The translations under genes were made by a program, and so were the position numbers. From contig CAKSPL010000002.1 in the NCBI GenBank assembly GCA_934481325.1, positions 1-38,793 on the forward strand: a DNA stretch of 38,793 bases, read 5' to 3'. A model generated the notes under the pieces. That model worked only from the letters and a program-made list of their open reading frames with translations. It made no database searches and was not told the DNA's origin. The DNA is from an uncultured Eubacteriales bacterium. GTDB lineage: Bacteria > Bacillota > Clostridia > Oscillospirales > CAG-272. Shown in pieces: positions 32,938 through 38,793 of this stretch (position 1 is the stretch's first letter; each line of letters opens with the position of its first letter).

Positions 32938-34239
32938 ATGAAAAGCGGTTTGCAACAGCCGCCCTGCGCGGCGCGCGATACGGTAGCTACCGGGACGGCA
33001 CGCGCAGACACTCTTCATATGGCGCACAAAACAACTTCGGATACGGCACACGCAGGCACTGCCGATACGGTACGCACGGCATTTTCGGATACGGCGCACG
33101 CGGCATCCGTCGGGGCGCGCGGCATTTTCGGCACCGCGCGTACAGGCACTTCGCGAACGGCGCGCGCGGTATTTTGCCGGGTGCTTTGCTTGCTTTGCGC
33201 GGCATTGCTGATGCTTTCCGGTGTTTCCTGCCGCAAAAAAAGCGGCGGGAGCGAGGTGCCGCTCTCGCCCGGGCTTTCCCTGATTGAGGGGAGTGCCATT
33301 CACGAGCAGGGGGTGGCACTTCGCACCGAGCATTACACCGTAACCGACGGAATGCTTGCCTACTGGTGTTACGATTACGGACTTTCGGTGATGCGGGAGA
33401 TGGAAAAAAACAAAGCGTTTGATTCCGCAAAAAATCTGCACGATCAGATGTATAGCGAAACCGAAAGTTGGTATGATACCATAATGAACACCGTGCTTGA
33501 CGCGGTTTGCCGCACCCTGATTTACTGTGAGGGGGCAACGGCGGCAGGCGAGGCGGAATTGCCGGCTGAAACCGAGGCGGCAATCGAGCAACAGCTGTAT
33601 ACCCTGCGCTTTCGTGCGGCGGCAGAAAACGGGGAGGATCTGACTGCTTATCTTCGCCGCTCCTACGGCTCGCTGATGGATGAGGAGGACCTTGCCACGG
33701 TGCTTCGGTACGAGGCGATTGCAAGCCGCTATTCCTCGCTGTTGAGTGACCGCCTGGAGACGGAAATTTCCGCCGCGGACGCACTCTCCTATGCCGCGGC
33801 GCATAATCTTTCCGATGAGACTCCTTCCCGCAATCTGGAATATCTGATTGTGAGCGGCAGTGACGAGGCGGCGGTCAAAAAGAATGCGGCGGCGGCACTG
33901 GCGGCGGTGCAAAAAGCACCGGTGTCCGGCACGCTGGCAGGGCTGGAGACGCTTGGCACCGCGCATACGGAGCGGAATATGATTCCCGAAAACGCGGGGG
34001 TTGCCGCGATTTCCGATTGGCTGTATGCCACGGGGCGAAAGCCCGGTGATGCGGGCACCGTGACCTCCGACGGCGTAATCTTTGTACTGCTGTATACCGG
34101 AAACGGTGTGTCACGCGGCGAGGTGCGCGGGCGGATGGCTCTGTTTGATGCGGCATATGCCGAGTGGTATAACGCATTGGTCGCCGGTCTGCATTTCGGC
34201 TATAATTACGATGTGATTGACAGTTATGACGTGTCCTGA
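32938..34239 (+). CDS. Membrane/lipid-anchored hypothetical protein, distantly PrsA/SurA-N-like paralogue
   Basis: ATG 32938 has GAAAGGAGG upstream. There is a hydrophobic segment with a lipobox-like LMLSGVSC about 85 aa in. The overall pattern resembles the upstream gene (..EHYTVTDGMLAYWCYDY.. versus ..EHYKINAAMMSYVIYSEY..). No clear parvulin motif is present. The start is uncertain. Confidence 0.55.
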   Translation: MKSGLQQPPCAARDTVATGTARADTLHMAHKTTSDTAHAGTADTVRTAFSDTAHAASVGARGIFGTARTGTSRTARAVFCRVLCLLCAALLMLSGVSCRKKSGGSEVPLSPGLSLIEGSAIHEQGVALRTEHYTVTDGMLAYWCYDYGLSVMREMEKNKAFDSAKNLHDQMYSETESWYDTIMNTVLDAVCRTLIYCEGATAAGEAELPAETEAAIEQQLYTLRFRAAAENGEDLTAYLRRSYGSLMDEEDLATVLRYEAIASRYSSLLSDRLETEISAADALSYAAAHNLSDETPSRNLEYLIVSGSDEAAVKKNAAAALAAVQKAPVSGTLAGLETLGTAHTERNMIPENAGVAAISDWLYATGRKPGDAGTVTSDGVIFVLLYTGNGVSRGEVRGRMALFDAAYAEWYNALVAGLHFGYNYDVIDSYDVS

Positions 34240-34258
34240 GGCACGGAAGGGAGAAAAA

Positions 34259-34933
34259 ATGGTACTTGACGCCAAAAAAACCACCGTTGCTTACCGTTGC
34301 CCGCATTGCGGCGCGGGAGTGATGAGTGCCGTAAGCCTGTTTCATCTGAAGGGCTCTATGGTGCGGCTGAAATGTGATTGCGGCAAGAGCGTGATGGAGG
34401 TTCAGCCCGCGGGGGACGGAAAGCTGAGGCTGACCGTACCCTGCATCATCTGCCCCAAGCCCCATCACTTTACGGTCAGCGAAAAGGTGTTTTTTGATAA
34501 GGAGTTGTTTTCCATCCCCTGTCCTTATACCGATATCAATATCTGTACCACGGGGGAGATCAACCACGTAAAAGCGGAGCTTGCCCGCACGGAATTGCAG
34601 CTACTGGATATGATGGAGAAAAGCGGCGTCCGGGATTTCGGGGCGTTGCACCGGGACGCCGAAGCGTGCGTTTCCGACCCGCAGGTGCTGGAAATCGTGC
34701 TGTTTGTCATCCGCGATCTGGACGACGAGGGCAAGATTCATTGCCTTTGCCCCGCCGAGGAGGAGCACGAATTTGACGTGGATCTCCTGCCCGACGCGGT
34801 GCGTGTGACCTGCCGCAAATGCGGTTCCTCGGCGTTCATCCCCACGGGCTCGTTGCTGGATGCACACGATTTCCTCAATTGTGAGGAGCTGACGCTCACG
34901 CCGCCCGATTCCGCGCGGCACAAGGAGGAGTAA
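34259..34933 (+). CDS. Cys-rich (zinc-ribbon-like) hypothetical protein
   Basis: ATG 34259 has GGAAGGGAG upstream. Motifs: CPHCG...CDCG, VPCIICPKPHH, CLCP...CRKCG. I do not recognise a family. Confidence 0.6.
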   Translation: MVLDAKKTTVAYRCPHCGAGVMSAVSLFHLKGSMVRLKCDCGKSVMEVQPAGDGKLRLTVPCIICPKPHHFTVSEKVFFDKELFSIPCPYTDINICTTGEINHVKAELARTELQLLDMMEKSGVRDFGALHRDAEACVSDPQVLEIVLFVIRDLDDEGKIHCLCPAEEEHEFDVDLLPDAVRVTCRKCGSSAFIPTGSLLDAHDFLNCEELTLTPPDSARHKEE

Positions 34934-34982
34934 CGGGGCGCGTATGCGCCGGAGCCTCCGTCCCGGAAACGGCAGAAAACTG

Positions 34983-35133
34983 TCGATTCCGCCAAAAACA
35001 CGGGCAAAACCCGTGGAATCCGCGAAAACGCGGGAAAAATCATCGATGCCGCAAAAACGCGGGAAAAAGCCCATCAATGCGCAAAAACTGCGTGCAAAAC
35101 CCTTTGATTTTGCGAAAATGCGTGCGAAATTCC
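34983..35133. repeat. Five tandem degenerate ~30-bp repeats with phased A-tracts
   Basis: Units start at 34983, 35013, 35043, 35073 and 35103. The consensus is roughly tYgaWKcSgcRaaaaYgcgKgMaaaaNcc. Each unit has a short dyad, for example CCGCGaaaaCGCGG. Confidence 0.75.
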
Positions 35134-35318
35134 GCTTTGGGTTCACACGCCCAAAGCCCGGCACCACCTGCGAACTCCGTCTCCGACGGCGGCTGCACGG
35201 CTCCCGCGTTGCCTTGGGTTCACACGCCCAAAGTCCGGCATCAGCCGTGCAAAAGTTTTTGAAGGAGGTGGGGAGGGGACTTTTTGTAAAAAGTCCCCTC
35301 TTGCGCGTCCCCTCTTGC
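35134..35318 (-). repeat. Mosaic intergenic repeat, copy D (inverted orientation, core partly duplicated)
   Basis: The reverse complement carries gcacggctgatgccggactttgggcgtgtgaacccaaggcaacgcgggagcc...ccgtcggagacggagttcgcaggtgg. A hairpin AGGGGACTTTTT-gt-AAAAAGTCCCCT is also present. Confidence 0.75.
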
Positions 35319-35327
35319 CGAAACCGC

Positions 35328-35362
35328 AAAAAAAGCGGGGGCTGAAAGCCCCCGCTTTTTTT
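35328..35362. terminator. Bidirectional rho-independent terminator
   Basis: AAAAAAAGCGGGGGCT-gaa-AGCCCCCGCTTTTTTT lies between convergent genes. Confidence 0.75.
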
Positions 35363-35370
35363 GACGTTTC

Positions 35371-36441
35371 TCAGCGGATGTATTCGGTTTCAAATTTTGT
35401 CCACGGAATGTTGACGTCGGCATTGTCCACCAACAGCTCGCGGATGTGGAACAGGAGCGGGAAGTCCTCCGCTTTTGCCTTGCCGTTTTTCACCAGCTCA
35501 ATCACAGCGTCTGCGGTGCGGCGCGCGATGACGATGGATTCCAGCGTCACGCCCTTGAGGATTTCCATTGCTTCGTCAAAGTGCTTGCCCTCGCCAAGCA
35601 GGGTGCCGATTTTGCGGGTGCGCCCGCCAAACACGGTCACATACAGGTCACCGATACCAAGGAAAATGTTTTCGGGCTTGCCGTCGCAAAGGCAAAGCAA
35701 GCGGTTCATCTCCTTTGCCGCCTGACCGAACAGTGCCGCCTGGGAGTTGTAATGCTCAAACACGCGCCCCTCGCGGCGGTAGGACATTCCGATTGCCAGC
35801 GAAACACCGAGTGCGTAAGCGTTTTTCAGAGCCACGGCGCATTCCACACCGCGGATGTCGGTAGAAAGGCTGATGTGGTAAAAATCGGTTTCAAAAAGGG
35901 ACTTGATCCAGCGGAGCAGCTCCATATCAGGGCCGCAGAAGGTGACCTCCGTGGGGTCCAGGTCTGCCAGCTCATAGCTGGTGCAGGGGCCGCCCACCGC
36001 GTTGATTTTCAGCTTTTTGTCGGTAAATTTGAGCATATGCTCGGGGTAGGAAATGAGATTTCCCTTGCCCTCGCCGTTGTCAATCATCCCTTTGGTGATG
36101 GAAAGCACGGGCAATTCCTCCGGAATCACGGGAACCACGTTTTCGCAGAACCAGTCCAGCCCGAAGCTGCTCACGCCGCAAATCAGCAGGTCTGCACCCT
36201 TCAGGCACTTGCCGAAGTCCTCATACTGATAGAAAGTGACGCCCTCGGGCATTTTGAAGGAAGTTTTTTTGCCGTTCACGTCGTGGGTCAGGGTCAGATG
36301 CTCGCTCGTTTTCTGCCCGTGCTCGATGATGGCGCGATCCAGCGGAGTGCCGACCAGGCGCACCGTATTGCCGTTTGCGCAAGCCGGAAAGGACATTGCC
36401 GAACCCATCATACCCGCGCCGATAATTGTAATGATTGCCAT
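35371..36441 (-). CDS. NAD(P)H-dependent glycerol-3-phosphate dehydrogenase-family protein
   Basis: The start was moved to ATG 36441 (MAIITIIGAGMMGSAMS, Rossmann fold). The GpsA-like central and C-terminal pattern is present (..GPCTSYELA.., ..ALKNAYALG.., ..GDLYVTVFGGRTRKIG..). Confidence 0.75.
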   Translation of the reverse strand: MAIITIIGAGMMGSAMSFPACANGNTVRLVGTPLDRAIIEHGQKTSEHLTLTHDVNGKKTSFKMPEGVTFYQYEDFGKCLKGADLLICGVSSFGLDWFCENVVPVIPEELPVLSITKGMIDNGEGKGNLISYPEHMLKFTDKKLKINAVGGPCTSYELADLDPTEVTFCGPDMELLRWIKSLFETDFYHISLSTDIRGVECAVALKNAYALGVSLAIGMSYRREGRVFEHYNSQAALFGQAAKEMNRLLCLCDGKPENIFLGIGDLYVTVFGGRTRKIGTLLGEGKHFDEAMEILKGVTLESIVIARRTADAVIELVKNGKAKAEDFPLLFHIRELLVDNADVNIPWTKFETEYIR

Positions 36442-36613
36442 TTTCAAAACCTGCCTTATTTTTGATTTTCGGCTTGCCAAATGCACGCCGATGTGGTATT
36501 ATTAGAATAAACCACGCGGGCGCACTTGTCAAGGCGTGGCGGAAAAGTTGACAAACTTTCACAATCTCGCGCAAATTCAATCAATTTTTTGAGTGAGGAC
36601 AAGGGGGGACGAT

Positions 36614-37348
36614 ATGCTGCAAGTGGAACGGCAGGAGGAGATTCTGCAGCTTCTGAAATCGCATCAGGCATTGCGCGTCAGTCAGCTGGCAAAGCTCCTG
36701 TATACCAGTGAGGCAACCGTGAGGCGTGACCTGGCGGCATTGGAGCGGGACGGCTCAGTGCGAAGGGTGTTCGGCGGCGTGGTGGCGGTGCAGGAACAGC
36801 TGCCGCTGGATTTCCGCCGTCAGAAAAACGCCGCGGCAAAAGAGGAGATCGCCCGCCGTGCGGCGGCAATGGTGGCGGACGGGGAGACCGTGTTTTTGGA
36901 CGCTTCCTCCACCGCGCTCCATCTGCTTCCTTACTTATTAAAGAAAAAGGAACTGACCGTAGTGACCAACAGTCACCGCGTGGTGGAGCAGGCGCGGGAG
37001 AGCAAGGCACGCGTGTTCTGCACGGGCGGGGAGCTTTCGCGGCGCAATTTCGCCTTTGTGGGGCGGGGTGCCGAGCGCGCCGTGGCGGCATTTCACCCGG
37101 ACACGGTGTTCTTTTCCAGTCAGGGCGTGAGTGAGGACGGGGACATTACCGATTCCTCCCAGGAGGAAACGGATTTAAGGCTTGCGGCAATCGCCGCGGG
37201 CGGGCGCAAGGTGTTTTTGTGCGATTCCGGCAAGGTGGGCAAGAGCTATCTGTTCCGCCTTTGCCGTATTTCGGATGTGGACGCCGTGGTGGCGGACGGG
37301 GATTTCCCTGCGGCACTCCTGGCGGGAAAAGGAGTGAAAAATGGGTAA
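36614..37348 (+). CDS. DeoR-family transcriptional regulator
   Basis: From ATG 36614 (MLQVERQEEILQLLKSHQALRVSQLAKLLYTSEATVRRDLAALE), followed by a DeoR C-terminal sensor domain. Confidence 0.85.
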   Translation: MLQVERQEEILQLLKSHQALRVSQLAKLLYTSEATVRRDLAALERDGSVRRVFGGVVAVQEQLPLDFRRQKNAAAKEEIARRAAAMVADGETVFLDASSTALHLLPYLLKKKELTVVTNSHRVVEQARESKARVFCTGGELSRRNFAFVGRGAERAVAAFHPDTVFFSSQGVSEDGDITDSSQEETDLRLAAIAAGGRKVFLCDSGKVGKSYLFRLCRISDVDAVVADGDFPAALLAGKGVKNG

Positions 37349-38276
37349 AATCGTATGTGTGGGCAGTGCCAATGTGGATATTACCGCCACGGCAAAGCAC
37401 CTGCCCGTCGGCGGGGAAACCGTGATGGGCAGTGCCCTTTCGTTCGGTCCCGGCGGCAAAGGCTCCAATCAGGTGACCGCCGCACACCGCGCGGGGGCAG
37501 AGCTGGTGTTCCTCACCAAAATCGGAGACGATCCGCTTGCCGCTACGCTCACGGAGCATTACCGAAGGGACGGGATTGACAGTCGGTATATCGAGGTGGT
37601 GCCGGGAGCCGTGACCTCCACGGCGTTGATTGAGGTGGACGGGCAAACCGCCCAGAACAGCATCGTGGTGGTGGCACCGTTGTTGGAAACCATCTCCGCG
37701 GACGACGTAAACCGCGCCGAGGCGGAATTTGCCACGGCGGACGTGGTGCTGGTGCAGTTTGAAACCTCGGTGGAAAGCATCCTTGCCGCCAAGGCACTGG
37801 CAAAGAAGTATCACAAAACCTTCGTGGTCAATCCTGCGCCGTTTCGTCAAATGCCGGAAGGATTTTACAACGGAGTGGATCTGCTGACCCCGAACGAGAC
37901 CGAGGCGGAGTTTCTCACCGGGGTGAAAATCACCGACACCGAAAGCGCGGCTGCGGCGGGCAAGAAGCTCGCGGAAATGGGCGTGGGTGCTGCGGTAATC
38001 ACGCTCGGCAAAAACGGCGCACTGTACACGGACGGCAGGGAAACGGTTCTCGTGCCGGGGCTTTGTGTGAAAGCCGTGGACACCACCGGTGCCGGGGATT
38101 CCTTTAACGGCGGGCTTTGCACGGCACTTGCCGAGGGCGCGGATATGAAAACCGCCTTGCAGTTTGCCAATTGCACGGGCGCGCTTTCGGTCACCAGGCA
38201 CGGGGCGGCAACCGCCGCGCCTGCCCGCGCCGAGATTCTTGACCTGATGAAAAAAACCTACGGAACGGAGCTGTGA
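37341..38276 (+). CDS. rbsK: Ribokinase (PfkB family)
   Basis: VGSANVDI, GGKGSNQ, NETE and DTTGAGDSFNGG motifs. It overlaps the deoR stop by 8 nt. Confidence 0.85.
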   Translation: MGKIVCVGSANVDITATAKHLPVGGETVMGSALSFGPGGKGSNQVTAAHRAGAELVFLTKIGDDPLAATLTEHYRRDGIDSRYIEVVPGAVTSTALIEVDGQTAQNSIVVVAPLLETISADDVNRAEAEFATADVVLVQFETSVESILAAKALAKKYHKTFVVNPAPFRQMPEGFYNGVDLLTPNETEAEFLTGVKITDTESAAAAGKKLAEMGVGAAVITLGKNGALYTDGRETVLVPGLCVKAVDTTGAGDSFNGGLCTALAEGADMKTALQFANCTGALSVTRHGAATAAPARAEILDLMKKTYGTEL

Positions 38277-38280
38277 AGAA

Positions 38281-38655
38281 ATGACCGACCCGAAAACCGT
38301 CAGCACTGCCGCGCTTGCCTATCTCGGTGACGCGGTGTTGGAGCTGTTTGTGCGCTCGCTTTTGGTGGATCGGGGCGTTTCCTCCTCCAAGGCACTCAAT
38401 GCCAAAGCTCTGGAATTTGTGCGCGCCCCGGTGCAAGCCAAAGCGATGGAGCGGATTCTGCCGCTCCTCGGGGAAGAGGAAATTGCCGTGTTTCACCGCG
38501 GGCGGAATCTGGGGCATACCAATACACCGAAAAATGCAACGGTGGCGGAATACCGCAATGCTACGGGGATGGAAGCCCTTTTCGGCTTTCTGCACCTGAC
38601 CGGAAACGCCGAGCGCGCCGCCGAATTGTTTGCGCTCGCCTATCCCGAGGCTTAA
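38281..38655 (+). CDS. mrnC: Mini-ribonuclease 3
   Basis: LAYLGDAVLELFVR... and ...YRNATGMEALFGFL in a 124-aa protein, which is the classical Mini-III pattern. Confidence 0.85.
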   Translation: MTDPKTVSTAALAYLGDAVLELFVRSLLVDRGVSSSKALNAKALEFVRAPVQAKAMERILPLLGEEEIAVFHRGRNLGHTNTPKNATVAEYRNATGMEALFGFLHLTGNAERAAELFALAYPEA

Positions 38656-38665
38656 TGCAACACCG

Positions 38666-38793
38666 CAGACGCGAGGGACGCGGGGGGGGGACACGCAAGG
38701 AGGTGCCTTCCCTGCAAGGCACCCCCTTGACCCCCTTCAAAACCTTTCAAACAAGGAAAAGGCTACCCCCGGGGCACCTGCGCCACCTGCGCC
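38666..38793 (-). repeat. Mosaic intergenic repeat, copy E (inverted; tail module only, cut by window end)
   Basis: This is the reverse complement of the tail of copies A and C: GGTGCCTTCCCTGCAAGGCACC hairpin, ccttcaaaacctttcaaacaa, then ggggcacctgcg. Confidence 0.75.

Noticed and set aside
34983-35133. Possible CRISPR array (regular ~30-bp periodicity)
   Set aside because: The units are contiguous with no unique spacers, they are degenerate, and no cas genes or leader are present.

Overview
GC-rich chromosomal segment that looks like an anaerobic Firmicutes/Clostridia genome. Gene content supporting this: RNase J, Mini-RNase III, a minimal SufC-SufB/D pair, PrsA-like foldases and an Hdr/Flx module. 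All calls come from reading the translations and DNA by eye; no searches were run. I support about 35 protein genes, one tRNA-Glu(CUC), several promoters and terminators, and a mosaic intergenic repeat family with 5 copies. No transposase, integrase, cas or phage genes are visible. The main finding is an 11-gene, tightly coupled operon at about 5.5-17.1 kb. It reads fumC, hdrB, hdrC, hdrA, mvhD, two HydB/AsrA-like Fe-S subunits, an AsrB/FlxA-like FAD/NAD(P) subunit, FrdB-like, FrdA-like, and an AAEx (AspT/SucE)-family transporter. It follows one strong promoter with a Rex-like dyad and ends at one strong terminator. I read it as a candidate soluble fumarate reductase coupled to NAD(P)H and ferredoxin through Flx-Hdr-type flavin-based electron bifurcation, or the reverse, confurcating succinate oxidation. 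This is an inference and needs biochemistry. Secondary observations: a decayed duplicate of the tRNA-Glu 3' end, a roughly 170-aa low-complexity insertion inside MurI, a roughly 166-aa basic N-terminal extension on RNase J, and a ferredoxin/Crp-Fnr divergent pair with a dyad at about -41.5. There is also a 5 x 30-bp phased A-tract array, and mutY is bracketed by two direct copies of the repeat. Many long ORFs in the track are antisense or GC-composition artefacts and were rejected.
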